Part shown: in pieces, positions 11,001-19,942 of the stretch
How the letters are laid out: every line of letters begins with the position of its first letter
Numbering within the stretch: the stretch's first letter is position 1
Virus record (IMG/VR): IMGVR_UViG_3300035492_000236
Source: a virus
Taxonomy: Duplodnaviria; Caudoviricetes
Reading direction: 5' to 3' (one strand)
DNA length: 64,000 bases
The notes under the pieces: generated by a model
The model's database searches: none
The model's input: the letters and a program-made list of their open reading frames with translations, nothing else
Told to the model about the DNA's origin: nothing
Made by a program: the position numbers and the translations under genes

Positions 11001-13199
11001 CGGAGGCTTACTACCACAACCGGACACTACGATATGGTGGTGGTGGCCAACGTGGTGGATCTTAATGGCAGCGTTCGTAACGCCGGTGGTGTATTTCACA
11101 CTTCACGACTGTCAACTGCGACTGTTTGTGTTAACGAACAGCTGCAAAATGTGCTTTCGATGAGTCTCGCTGTCCACGATGCTGCAAATGCCACAGTCCT
11201 CAATATGTTGCCTGACCTTGTGGAGGGTCAGATACTTGACACCACATTCACACTCGTTGTGTTTGGGGACTACACGATCGCAAATGACCTCGACGCCTTC
11301 ATCGTAATGGGTTGCCAGCATCAGCAGCCATCTAAGCCGGGTAAAAGCTTAAGCTTGCTGGTATTTCCTGCGCAATTGACTATCGCGAATGGCCAGATCA
11401 CATCGATATCTGTCGGCACCGTGTTGCTGAATGACGTTATTGCTGACACATCAACCGTGGTCAGGGAGGTCGCTCTCTGGGGGATGAATCATCGAGTCAA
11501 GCATAGCGATACAGAAACCATGTTTATAATCAACACTACGCCGCCTGTGCATGTTGTTGGTGGTACAGCGGCGCGCAGTGCAGTATTGAGGCGAACTGGC
11601 ACGTCGTGGGAGGCAAAGTTTGTTGGCATAAATGCCCACCTCACGTCATCTTGGCATTATCATCCCAAGCTGGGCTATTTTGAAATAAGTAGCGACGATA
11701 GTGGCGAGGCGATTATTGCGAACACAAAAGATCTTAGAAATCTCAACACGACAACTGTGACCAAGCACATTATCCACTCCACCAGAGTAGCCTCGGGCTG
11801 GATCGTGTACTTCACTGAGCCTGTGCCCTTTTACGCTAATGGGGAGTTAACGTACGCCCCGGTCAAATCGTTTGACTTGAGGGAGTTGTTCCCTAACGCG
11901 TACCAGTCCAAGACGTTCTACATCTACGTCACGCCAGGCCTGGAAATTGACAACGGGGGGGTAGTAGAAGTTATCCCACCCGAGTATCGGTTTCTTACTG
12001 ACCACATCGACGATAGCGATGAGATGCTGTACATCGGCTACTGTAAAACCGACGATCGTCAGATCACGGAGTTACAGGTCGATTCAGTGCTGCGCATGGG
12101 TAAACTGCGGGAGGTGGAGGAACACATCCACAATCCGAATGGTCACGGCACTGTTCTGACCATCACCAAGGAAAAGTTTGGTGCAGGGCATCTGCAAAAC
12201 ATGCCAATGTTGAGTACGTTGACAATGCCGACCTTTAAGGAGGTGTTTGATAGTTGGAAGCGGTTCGTACACTGGCACACGACAGACACGCAGCCTGCGG
12301 CGACTGGGCCACTTTCTGCCTGGGAATATCTTGAAGACCAAGACGTGCTTCGGTCGATGGCAGACTCGGTCACTCAGCACATGTTCGTTGGGTTCATTTC
12401 ACCACAACCGGTGGGAGACTATACATTTGACGTGAAAGTCTCATCGGTCGATGCGGACGACGATTGGATTGGTATTGTACTGGCGTATGCGGTAGATGCT
12501 AATGGGCGAGAGCACACATTGTCCGCACTGAGGTCGACTGGCGCCGAATGGCAGGAAGTGATCAGTGGCCAATTCTACAATTGCGCAGTGGTTAAGAACT
12601 GGAGACAGCCGAGGCAAGGACAGCGGGTGTTGAGTACAGCTAAACCGGGCAAAGATGGCGGCTGGGGCGGTAAGGGCACGGCTCGCATACGTGCGGTGCG
12701 TAAAGCCGATCGGATTACGGTGACGTATTACGAATTCAGTGTTCGAAATGCTGACACTGTAATACACGAGTACGTTATCGACCTTAACGAGCCTGACCTG
12801 CAAATCTTCAAAGGTGCCGCCAACTTCGGTTTCTGCTCGCAGTCGCAAGGGTTGGCGACGTTCGATTCAAGTATCCGCCCAGATGAAGACGTTGGTAACT
12901 ACTACGCCACAGGTGAACTCGTACGGTTAGCGGCAGAACACCAAGCCACTTCTGTCGCATTTCGTCAGGGGTTGGTGACTGCTGGACAAGCGGTCCCTGT
13001 CCCACCTGGTTTCACCATCGCAGAGTGCAAGGTCCTGGTGGACTACCATTCTAACAGTGAGCCAACGCTCGTGAAAACGCAGATCAAGGTATCTTGCGAT
13101 CCCGCCACCTTGGTAACCAAACTGGAGTACCACAACGGTTCAACCTGGGTAACTAATGCCGGCATTGTGAAATACTACCTGGTCGCCAGAAAAGCTTAA
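8052..13199 (+). CDS. Tail fibre / virion structural protein 3 (about 1715 aa) with a large central insert and a TSP-C-like domain
   Basis: Start MADYAYPYD after gagg and an upstream TATG. Paralogous to fibre 1 at both ends; DDDWIGIVLAY motif. Confidence 0.75.
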   Translation: MADYAYPYDSTASSAANLVVDERHALADYPNKWGSVIPKFAPFYRKDLVVRHRPSGRTLLEGIDYYLGHRFAEASTANKMPVYGSIMLLDRSLAGEVEFKQYRTLGGPHTIPFEEALNYLAREDNPDPRNADWVDVMKFPRMVPVIVAPDDINGAIRDDAITGKLDKLAATLRQLAEQERQAYENVMASIAALGDKIHTFDVAVHEDRTYPHAVTYTQLNAIKKDGTAVDALKAYGLTLAQFVAFVESAAIEISDKERLADLIGDQLQGRLRLEGDTCVIQGQGGASTLDLKTGDLALVATGNVTLTSNGTEDKTAIGLQSGQNSLSLHRSYSHDVTDPLVYNGFYVIHAGNIADYVPDQGSSSQQVYTGAGDHITLRGIGTPSRPLTGDVSFPIATATADGLFSLSTSTVSNDTDKAATPSALKAIHDLLATLVPTSRMVNGRALTGNLTFSKTDFGLGRVDNTHPNSKPASNAFKTAAAAKPAVDHTHTLADLEGLEAAGPESRGLVKLATDISSATDSVITTAVAAGLDDRTEAVENDLFETIPSEAFDIQKYGDASYLPIPARGSYPAAGVNISNYAVVGEFEVGGRLVLLRNGADVIDSGVYYSYGDLDGSGGFSRFINTAAEYRPRYLPFGVRVLAASRGSAGVFIAKMSDGNAHLVLTRGTMDGEHHVGSPLLGEWWMNWNTIPFIAGEYVYILHQEVGRGLGLSVRLWRVSVSDVERGVALAPAAVKLSGIDIYGDAFANVDIAPLSRVNVSSNISDKPYALREDNGTWTTVMPVRSLNNYDIAIREDEVRVFNYTTVYLRNATESRHHRVSYSYRVDFKTGVVNLDDRSAFPIKIKPTGAETTAIAPSGEWAAMPYGNVDRLAGVIDAGDRMCAVAYHRTYMIPKVVPFSKNDGTVSKFDHLSAATKRITFSYSNEVDLAGARGSVAGSVPMSVGFLSDNKIIARERAGTSNILQYDPSGEYVTGDGGFGPTADRRLTTTTGHYDMVVVANVVDLNGSVRNAGGVFHTSRLSTATVCVNEQLQNVLSMSLAVHDAANATVLNMLPDLVEGQILDTTFTLVVFGDYTIANDLDAFIVMGCQHQQPSKPGKSLSLLVFPAQLTIANGQITSISVGTVLLNDVIADTSTVVREVALWGMNHRVKHSDTETMFIINTTPPVHVVGGTAARSAVLRRTGTSWEAKFVGINAHLTSSWHYHPKLGYFEISSDDSGEAIIANTKDLRNLNTTTVTKHIIHSTRVASGWIVYFTEPVPFYANGELTYAPVKSFDLRELFPNAYQSKTFYIYVTPGLEIDNGGVVEVIPPEYRFLTDHIDDSDEMLYIGYCKTDDRQITELQVDSVLRMGKLREVEEHIHNPNGHGTVLTITKEKFGAGHLQNMPMLSTLTMPTFKEVFDSWKRFVHWHTTDTQPAATGPLSAWEYLEDQDVLRSMADSVTQHMFVGFISPQPVGDYTFDVKVSSVDADDDWIGIVLAYAVDANGREHTLSALRSTGAEWQEVISGQFYNCAVVKNWRQPRQGQRVLSTAKPGKDGGWGGKGTARIRAVRKADRITVTYYEFSVRNADTVIHEYVIDLNEPDLQIFKGAANFGFCSQSQGLATFDSSIRPDEDVGNYYATGELVRLAAEHQATSVAFRQGLVTAGQAVPVPPGFTIAECKVLVDYHSNSEPTLVKTQIKVSCDPATLVTKLEYHNGSTWVTNAGIVKYYLVARKA

Positions 13200-13214
13200 T
13201 TGAGGTAACAGTAT

Positions 13215-13607
13215 ATGTTTTATTACGGTTTTAATGAAGAATCGAAGCGGTGCCATTTCTCCGCCGACGGGTATGTGATGGCGCCTCCCGGTATCGTCAT
13301 CGTGACGTCGGAGGTGAACTACCCAGACATCACTCGACTGGAGCTGGTTGAACGCGATGATGGCACGCAGGCCATTAATGAACGCAGTGACACCCTGGAG
13401 GACATCAAACGACGCTTTGAGGTAGAGCGCGAGGATCGTTTGCGTATCGCTGGCGAGCAGATCCAGATACTGAAGGATGTGGTGGATTACGGCGATGCAG
13501 AAACCGCCACTCCGCTGTACGAGGCGTGGCGAGCCTACCGTGCCAAAGTCTGGTCGCTCGATTATGACGCCTTCACCGAATCAGGCTGGCCTGCCAAACC
13601 TGAATAA
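13215..13607 (+). CDS. Tail fibre assembly chaperone
   Basis: 130 aa directly after the fibres, with the Tfa-type C-terminus W.AYR..V..LD....GWP.KP. Confidence 0.7.
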   Translation: MFYYGFNEESKRCHFSADGYVMAPPGIVIVTSEVNYPDITRLELVERDDGTQAINERSDTLEDIKRRFEVEREDRLRIAGEQIQILKDVVDYGDAETATPLYEAWRAYRAKVWSLDYDAFTESGWPAKPE

Positions 13608-13622
13608 TTAGAAATCTTGATT

Positions 13623-13659
13623 GGAGCGGGGCAGGTAACTGTCCCGATTAGCTAGCATG
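13623..13659 (+). promoter_or_regulatory. Hairpin-bridged ribosome binding site
   Basis: GGAG (13623-26), an 8-bp stem with GUAA loop (13627-46), 10 nt, then ATG 13657. No other SD near the start codon. Confidence 0.5.
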
Positions 13660-15315
13660 GCATTGAAACAGTTCATTTATCCACTGGACCTGTCGGGCAC
13701 ACGCACCTCGAACCGAGTAACCGAACTCCACACCATCGGCGTGGATCGCTACCGTGCGTTTGCGCTGAAGACCGGTCCGTTCTACACCAAAGATCTGGTG
13801 GTTCGTGAGAATGGTAAAACTACCCCGCTGAAACGTGGTCTGGACTACGAGTGTGTGTTCTACTACGAGAACATCGGTCGGATGACCGCGGGGCTCGAAG
13901 TCTGCGGCGTAATCGTAGTGCACAACACCAACATCGGCACCGATCTGTCTGTGGAAGTCAACATCGTAGGTGGACCGTACGCTGCTTCGGCAGAGGCCAT
14001 CCAAGATGCCATCAACCAGCTGGAGCTGGACAATCGCAACGTGTATTGGGCGAACGTGATTCAGAAGCCGGATCTGTTCCAACCCACCCCGCATTTGCAT
14101 GACCTGGGCGATATATTCGGCTTCGAGTTCATTATTGATCTACTCGGTGCGATTCGTGATGCCATTCTGGTGGGTGACAATGCCAAGATGGAGCAACTGC
14201 GGGACCATCTGGATGAGATCGTACGTCAGTTCAACCAGTCACTCCAGACCCACTTGAACGATAAGAGCAATCCGCATAAGGTCACGTCAGATCAGGTCAA
14301 CGCGTATTCGAAAGAAGCTATCGATCAGATGGTGTTGCTGATTAACCAGGCGCTGTCGCAACACGCATCGCGGATGGACGGCATCGATCAAGACATCAAC
14401 CAACTGGCGAGGGACCTGCAGGCGTTTGTGGATGCCCTTACAGCTTATAACCAGCGCGTCAGTGTGGTGGAAGGAAAGCAGTCTAGACTGAGCTCTGACA
14501 TCGCCGCGATAAATGATGCGATCCAGGCTATCAATGAGGACCTGACTCGTGTCTGGGCAGAGATTAACGCCCTCAAAGAAACCGACATCGCGCATCAGCA
14601 AGCGATCAACAAGAACGCGCAAGACATCGCCCTGATCAAACAGAAGGATGCACAGCAAGATCAGCGTTTGAATGCACTGGAGCAGGAAAACGCCACACAA
14701 CAGCAGCAAATCGATGCGGTGACGGACAAAGCCAACAGCCTGCAAGACAACATGAAGGACTATGTCAAGAAGTCTGAAGTGTATGGTGATGTCAACGATC
14801 ACACGCAGGAAGAGATGATCGGACGTATCCCCAGAATCCGACCGAATGGTGCGTTGGAGATCTGTCACGTCATCGATTTCCATATTGCCGGCTCGCAAAA
14901 AGACTGGGACATTCGTGAAGAAGCGCGGATGAACACCAGCATCAATGCCTTGGAGATCTACAACACCGAGCGTTACAATGCCATCGACGTGTTCATTCGA
15001 TCTGACCTCCGGGATAAGAACGATGTGGAGGCACTGTCTGGCGAGCGCGCGCATCAGATCCTCACGGACATTGGTGGGGGTATCACCTATCGACTGCTGG
15101 AGGAAACCGCACGCACGGCTGGCCTGGCTGCACAAGAAGTGCAGAAGGTAATGCCGGAAGCCATCGTGGTTGGTGAGAACAATGAAGGCGAGGAACGGCT
15201 TAGCGTGCGTAACAATGCCATCATCGCGGCGTTGGTATCGGGTTACAACTACCAGCAGGAGCGGATTGAAACACTGGAGCAACTGCTTAAAGATATACTC
15301 AACAAAAAGGAGTAA
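13657..15315 (+). CDS. Tail fibre with coiled-coil shaft and peptidase S74-type chaperone domain
   Basis: Shared fibre N-terminus, long heptad region, EICHVIDFH motif, then RSD.RDK...GL.AQEV..V.PEA...ERIE.LE typical of intramolecular chaperone/autocleavage domains. Confidence 0.75.
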   Translation: MALKQFIYPLDLSGTRTSNRVTELHTIGVDRYRAFALKTGPFYTKDLVVRENGKTTPLKRGLDYECVFYYENIGRMTAGLEVCGVIVVHNTNIGTDLSVEVNIVGGPYAASAEAIQDAINQLELDNRNVYWANVIQKPDLFQPTPHLHDLGDIFGFEFIIDLLGAIRDAILVGDNAKMEQLRDHLDEIVRQFNQSLQTHLNDKSNPHKVTSDQVNAYSKEAIDQMVLLINQALSQHASRMDGIDQDINQLARDLQAFVDALTAYNQRVSVVEGKQSRLSSDIAAINDAIQAINEDLTRVWAEINALKETDIAHQQAINKNAQDIALIKQKDAQQDQRLNALEQENATQQQQIDAVTDKANSLQDNMKDYVKKSEVYGDVNDHTQEEMIGRIPRIRPNGALEICHVIDFHIAGSQKDWDIREEARMNTSINALEIYNTERYNAIDVFIRSDLRDKNDVEALSGERAHQILTDIGGGITYRLLEETARTAGLAAQEVQKVMPEAIVVGENNEGEERLSVRNNAIIAALVSGYNYQQERIETLEQLLKDILNKKE

Positions 15316-15318
15316 GTC

Positions 15319-15828
15319 ATGTACCATCCTGAACACTTTAGTGCCAGTGAGTTGGTGCCGCCGGAGGAGCACGCGCGGTGGGGTGCGGGAGCGATCATGG
15401 TGATCAATCCCTTGCTGTGCATCACGCTGGATCAATTGCGTAAACGACACGGTCGGCTGATCGTTAATTCCTCAGGCCGAGATCGCCAACAGTCTGGCCT
15501 GCGCACCGTCGAGTTTTACCGTCGCGAATACCGCAAGCTTAACCGGTCGCAACAGGACAAAAAATACATCGCCTCGCGTTCAGCACACATTCGTGGCGAT
15601 GCAGCAGACTGTATCCCGCTCGACACCTCACTCGTCGACATCCATGCCGACATCAAAGCCAATCCGGATTTGTACCCGTTCCTGCACTTCGTGGAGACGG
15701 ACATCACCTGGTTACATGTTGATGTACGTAACCAGCCCGACATCACGTTCTGGTCACCGAAGCGTGGTGTGGTGGATGTGGTCAAGCAACAGCCCATTGA
15801 GTGGGGAAAAATCGCTCCAGGTCTCTAA
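15319..15828 (+). CDS. Endolysin, peptidase M15 family
   Basis: S.H-x6-D (SAHIRGDAAD) and W.HVD zinc ligands, SGLR motif; at the end of the late module. Confidence 0.8.
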   Translation: MYHPEHFSASELVPPEEHARWGAGAIMVINPLLCITLDQLRKRHGRLIVNSSGRDRQQSGLRTVEFYRREYRKLNRSQQDKKYIASRSAHIRGDAADCIPLDTSLVDIHADIKANPDLYPFLHFVETDITWLHVDVRNQPDITFWSPKRGVVDVVKQQPIEWGKIAPGL

Positions 15829-15834
15829 TAAGGC

Positions 15835-15864
15835 AAAAAAAAAGAGGAGGGCACTGCCCTCCTC
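15835..15864 (-). terminator. Intrinsic terminator at the convergent junction
   Basis: gaggagggcactgccctcctc hairpin with an A9 tract (U tract on the - strand). Confidence 0.75.
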
Positions 15865-15886
15865 GTCTTTGTGCGCTTTAGCGCAA

Positions 15887-16591
15887 TTAGAGCAGTTTCC
15901 CGTCCATGAACTTACTGTACAGACCCAGACGTTTCAGGGAAGTGATACATACCGGCGCAGTGCCTGTCTTTTCCAGCCGCTCCCGCAAGTCCATGATGAT
16001 GTGCGGCGTCAAACCAGGAAGATTGGTGAACATCACCGGATCGTCGTGACTTACCAGCTCAAGCAACAGACTCCGGTCTTTTACGTCCCACGACTGCCGA
16101 TTGCCACGTAACCGAAGCAGGTCGGTATCATACACCAAACCAGTAGACCAGGCATAGGGGTTGTCACAGATCAGCACTTTCATAATTGCCTTGATCCGGC
16201 ACTTAAGACGCTCGGTGATTTCCTTAAGGTGTATGTCGTACTCCTTGAGTGTCAGCACGATACTTCCGTAGTCGTCACGAATAGCCGTTACATCGAACTT
16301 GCAAGATGTAACGACCTTTCGATATTCGTCGGTCGATTCGCAGGCGACGCCGTGTGTTCCCAGATAACTCACGATGCTCGCCACCGGATCATCTGCCAGA
16401 ACAATGTCAGCAATCTCCGACTGGTACGGCAATCGGTTATCGAAGTCCACTTCACCTGACACCATGTAGTCATGAACAGGCTTGAGGTGGTCAAGGAGTG
16501 CAGGGTGTTGTGTCCAGTCTACCGCCAGGCTGTCCAGGTTGCGAAACAGATGAGTGACGGCGTGTTTATACGTGGTGATCAGTTCGTTCAT
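15887..16591 (-). CDS. Hypothetical protein
   Basis: ORF; start MNELITT after SD caggag. Confidence 0.6.
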   Translation of the reverse strand: MNELITTYKHAVTHLFRNLDSLAVDWTQHPALLDHLKPVHDYMVSGEVDFDNRLPYQSEIADIVLADDPVASIVSYLGTHGVACESTDEYRKVVTSCKFDVTAIRDDYGSIVLTLKEYDIHLKEITERLKCRIKAIMKVLICDNPYAWSTGLVYDTDLLRLRGNRQSWDVKDRSLLLELVSHDDPVMFTNLPGLTPHIIMDLRERLEKTGTAPVCITSLKRLGLYSKFMDGKLL

Positions 16592-16637
16592 GATTTTCTC
16601 CTGATAGTAAAAGAAGGCGACATAACACATGTCACCT

Positions 16638-16652
16638 GGATGATATATATCT
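16638..16652 (-). promoter_or_regulatory. Early-promoter-like motif AGATATATATCATCC
   Basis: Identical 15-mer at 23914-23928 and variants at four other intergenic sites. Confidence 0.6.
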
Positions 16653-16661
16653 TAATTTGAC

Positions 16662-17849
16662 TTAGATAGTAGCGTGGTAGATCTGGCCGTTAATGATACT
16701 CAATGAATAGGCCGGTATCGGCAGGTCGCATTGTGCGGTGTTTAACACTACACGACACTCAGGGTTTGCTTTAATCCAGGTACTGATGAACTGGTCGAAG
16801 ATATTTTCATAACTACCCACTAAGTAGATAACCGACGGATCGCCATCGCGCGGTAGGGTCGTTGGGGTAACATCGACAACCGGCTTGGTGAAAAGGGCCC
16901 CCTTAGCCCCCAACTGCTCCACAAGCGGTTCGATCAACAGCATGCTACAACCGACAGCAATATCGATAGGGGACCACTCGATGTTTATTTTACCCACCGG
17001 GCGCCGCTTGACCTCCTCCTCAGCGCCATTGTCATAACCAAGATGCCGCCTGTTATAAGAGGCAAATGCGCCAGGTCGACCAAAGCGCTGCATCATCTGG
17101 TTAAAGCGCCGGTTGTTGTGTCGAGACGTTGGCTCCCGGAGGCGCTCGATCAACAGGTAGTAATCGTCAAGCGAGATGTCTCTTAACCCACCGATAGCAT
17201 GTATGATCCAGTGGTCAGGAAGCTGGTGAATGAGATCGTGTGGTAAGTTGGCCATCCCCACAATAGGTACTATGTCTTCAGGATGCGTGCCGACGGACCG
17301 CAATGCTGACACCAACACTTCGCTAGGGTGAGTGTGTTTCGCCAGACGCCACACAACCTTACCGTAGGTGTGATACAAACTGACCAGGGTGTCAACTGGC
17401 AGCTGACTGTCGCCATACAGCACCTTCAGATCCTCAGGCCAGTCCGCCTGCTCTGCTCCGCTGCGATTACCTACCTGCTCAAAGGCACTCACTGCCAGTC
17501 CTTTGTTAATGGCATGGTTAAGCGCAACGACATGGATGGTATCGCTACCGCCCAACGGCAGTGTGAATATTTCAGGCTCATCCAGCTCAGTAGTGATGAA
17601 ATCGATGATTGCTATCCGCAGTGCGGTATCGAGCTCACTGCCAACAGTAGATCCTTCGTTGATCCATTCTACTAATTCCAGAATGTTGGCTTCGTCGTCA
17701 AGACTGAGGTACTTACCGACCAGGTCAGCATCGATAGTGATCATGTCCCGGATTGAATAGCTATCAACCAGGAAGTTAATACGCACTTTGCCCATTGAGC
17801 AAGTTTTTTCTTTGAGGGCTTCGAGTACGGAAATGTGAAAGGTGTTCAT
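16662..17849 (-). CDS. Hypothetical protein (about 395 aa)
   Basis: Long ORF; start MNTFHIS after ggag. Confidence 0.6.
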   Translation of the reverse strand: MNTFHISVLEALKEKTCSMGKVRINFLVDSYSIRDMITIDADLVGKYLSLDDEANILELVEWINEGSTVGSELDTALRIAIIDFITTELDEPEIFTLPLGGSDTIHVVALNHAINKGLAVSAFEQVGNRSGAEQADWPEDLKVLYGDSQLPVDTLVSLYHTYGKVVWRLAKHTHPSEVLVSALRSVGTHPEDIVPIVGMANLPHDLIHQLPDHWIIHAIGGLRDISLDDYYLLIERLREPTSRHNNRRFNQMMQRFGRPGAFASYNRRHLGYDNGAEEEVKRRPVGKINIEWSPIDIAVGCSMLLIEPLVEQLGAKGALFTKPVVDVTPTTLPRDGDPSVIYLVGSYENIFDQFISTWIKANPECRVVLNTAQCDLPIPAYSLSIINGQIYHATI

Positions 17850-17890
17850 GCTAAGCTCCATTATTGAAATATGCAAGTAGTGCCACTGTA

Positions 17891-18133
17891 TTAGGCAGAG
17901 AGTAATTCGTTATCGGTCTCGAGGTTGTGCAGGGCGTCATTCAACTGACCGATCAGTTTACTGCGACGGTGCCACTGAAGAGGACGACCGTCCAGGTGAC
18001 GCTCTACCGCCTCAACGATAGCATCGCGTTGTACTTTCAACGCCCCCACTGCGATGTAATGAGGGAACCTGTAGTACGCATTGAAAAAGCGCAGAGTTTG
18101 TTCGATTACAGTACGGTCAAATTCCTTCGACAT
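17891..18133 (-). CDS. Hypothetical protein
   Basis: Start MSKEFD after TATCTTGGAG. Confidence 0.55.
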   Translation of the reverse strand: MSKEFDRTVIEQTLRFFNAYYRFPHYIAVGALKVQRDAIVEAVERHLDGRPLQWHRRSKLIGQLNDALHNLETDNELLSA

Positions 18134-18171
18134 GTCAAAACTCCAAGATACTAACAACACAAACAAAAGGT

Positions 18172-18191
18172 GGGGTGACCGAAGCCACCCC
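18172..18191 (-). terminator. Hairpin with UUCG-containing loop and U-rich tail
   Basis: ggggtgaccgaagccacccc followed on the - strand by a U-rich run. Confidence 0.6.
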
Positions 18192-18198
18192 AAGTACA

Positions 18199-18798
18199 TT
18201 AGCCGTAAATAGCCTGACCTTCTTCCAGCAGACCGTAGGACCAGCTTTCCAGTCGGTCAGCGAACTGTGCCAGCAGCTCGTCACGGGTGAACCAACCTAG
18301 GATTTCGATTTGGTCTTCCTTCGCGGTAGCGGCTTCGTCGATGACGTCCATGATGGATAACGCACCAGCATGTACCTGGTCAGTTTCAGTGACCATGGAG
18401 ATGATGTACTTGTTGGTAACGCGCAGCCCTTCAGTCAGGCCCAGCGTCAGCTCCTCGCCCAGTTCGCGATGCGCGGCGTTCAAGGCGGTGGCTTCGAGAT
18501 CCAGGACGCTGTCGACATGCACACAGTCTTCCAGATCGACGTGACCGCCGAAACCGATAGACACCTGACCATGCAGGCGCGCTTCGCCGGCGCTGGTGGT
18601 TCTTGCATACGCCAGGAATTTCTGGTCGTGACGGATGATAGTGTAGCTGATCAGTTGGCGGTACGCGGTGTTGGTTTCCAGTCCTTCCCGTTGCATCAGC
18701 ACCAGGTCGTGATTGTCGACGGCGGCCTCTTCCAGGTGAAAACCCAGCATGTTGCGGAAGATGTTCGTGTCGATGGCGAGAATGTGTTGCGGTTTCAT
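18199..18798 (-). CDS. Nudix-family hydrolase (predicted phosphoesterase, MutT-like)
   Basis: Y.Q.I.Y, E.RLHG..SIG.GGHV and RELGEEL Nudix-box motifs. Confidence 0.75.
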   Translation of the reverse strand: MKPQHILAIDTNIFRNMLGFHLEEAAVDNHDLVLMQREGLETNTAYRQLISYTIIRHDQKFLAYARTTSAGEARLHGQVSIGFGGHVDLEDCVHVDSVLDLEATALNAAHRELGEELTLGLTEGLRVTNKYIISMVTETDQVHAGALSIMDVIDEAATAKEDQIEILGWFTRDELLAQFADRLESWSYGLLEEGQAIYG

Positions 18799-18807
18799 TT
18801 AGGTTCC

Positions 18808-19611
18808 TTAAACTTGTTCTACAGTAACGGCGGAGTTGGTAACGATGTAGTCTACCAGTTTACGAATCAGGCGTTCTGCCTGTTGTTCCACCCGCGCTTT
18901 GTTAGGCAGCGGGTAATAATCGAGTTTAAACCCATCGGTGCCGTTCAGGGTGTAATAGTAGCCACACCCACTGACCCGCAGTTCACCTCGATTGATATTA
19001 AACAGTTTCCCATCGGTGCTGAAGTTCACAGAGATCGTGACACCTTCACTCCGCAAAGTCAGCCCGTAATGGATAGAATGCGCGCCCACCGTCATCCGAT
19101 GACGGGCATCCACGACCGGATGACGGTCCAGGCAATCGATCAGTTCCTTGCTATTCCACACATCTTCACGAGCGATGGTGTCGTCGAACACGTGCTCGAG
19201 CTGCAACAACTGCTTTACCACCGGCTGCTCATCCTGCACCTGCTTGTCGTGAGTTTCCAGATAGTCGGCAAGTCGGCTGGTCTTCAGGCTAAACACCTCC
19301 ACCATTTCACGATTGCGCATGATGAAGTGCTCGTTATCCATCTCCAGTCGCAGTTCGATGTCGGGATGGATCACGATGCGAGCCACGTATTCTGGCCCTA
19401 GCAGTCCGGTAATGTAGCGACGACGTTCGTCGTCGGTTTTGTTTACCCACTCAGGCGGACCGCTACGGACAAATGCGTGCAGCACGGTATCGACTTGCAC
19501 CATCAGGATCGGAAACACGTCCGTGCCTTTGATGGGATAATCTGCCCGCAGGGTGATTTTTCGACCGCCGAGATTCACAACGATCGGTTTAGGCACAAAG
19601 GGCTTAGACAT
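18808..19611 (-). CDS. Hypothetical protein
   Basis: ORF; start MSKPFV overlaps the upstream stop. Confidence 0.6.
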   Translation of the reverse strand: MSKPFVPKPIVVNLGGRKITLRADYPIKGTDVFPILMVQVDTVLHAFVRSGPPEWVNKTDDERRRYITGLLGPEYVARIVIHPDIELRLEMDNEHFIMRNREMVEVFSLKTSRLADYLETHDKQVQDEQPVVKQLLQLEHVFDDTIAREDVWNSKELIDCLDRHPVVDARHRMTVGAHSIHYGLTLRSEGVTISVNFSTDGKLFNINRGELRVSGCGYYYTLNGTDGFKLDYYPLPNKARVEQQAERLIRKLVDYIVTNSAVTVEQV

Positions 19612-19930
19612 GACTTTCCTCCAGCTCCAGAAAATCCAGCGTTTCGAGTTCGGTGATGTCGCCAGCAGACCCGACCTCGTACGCATAAAGGCGACCATTC
19701 ATTTCAACCGCAGCACGGTCGGCGCGCTCAACGACGCGACCGACGCCAAACTTGGCTTTGGCCTTCTTGATGACCTTGACGTAAGTGGGGCCAGCAAACC
19801 CCTTCTTCGCAAGATCGTCCGTGTAAAGGAGGTGTAGGGTGTTGTTGAACACCAGGCCGTAGGCTGCACCACGTTCGGTCATCCAGCCGCTAACACGCTG
19901 ACCTTTATAATGAGTATTAAATTGTTGCAT
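19604..19930 (-). CDS. Hypothetical protein
   Basis: 108-aa ORF with SD ggag. Confidence 0.6.
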   Translation of the reverse strand: MQQFNTHYKGQRVSGWMTERGAAYGLVFNNTLHLLYTDDLAKKGFAGPTYVKVIKKAKAKFGVGRVVERADRAAVEMNGRLYAYEVGSAGDITELETLDFLELEESHV

Positions 19931-19942
19931 GGTTGCTCCTAA

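Noticed and set aside
1571-15315. Invertible tail-fibre (shufflon/Gin-type) system
   Set aside because: All fibre genes are co-oriented and complete; no recombinase or inverted crossover sites were seen.
14287-15450. 387-aa antisense ORF inside the S74 fibre gene
   Set aside because: A shadow frame of a strongly biased coding strand; no RBS or recognisable motifs.
18370-19401. 343-aa + strand ORF
   Set aside because: Antisense to the Nudix gene and its neighbour; typical shadow-frame composition.
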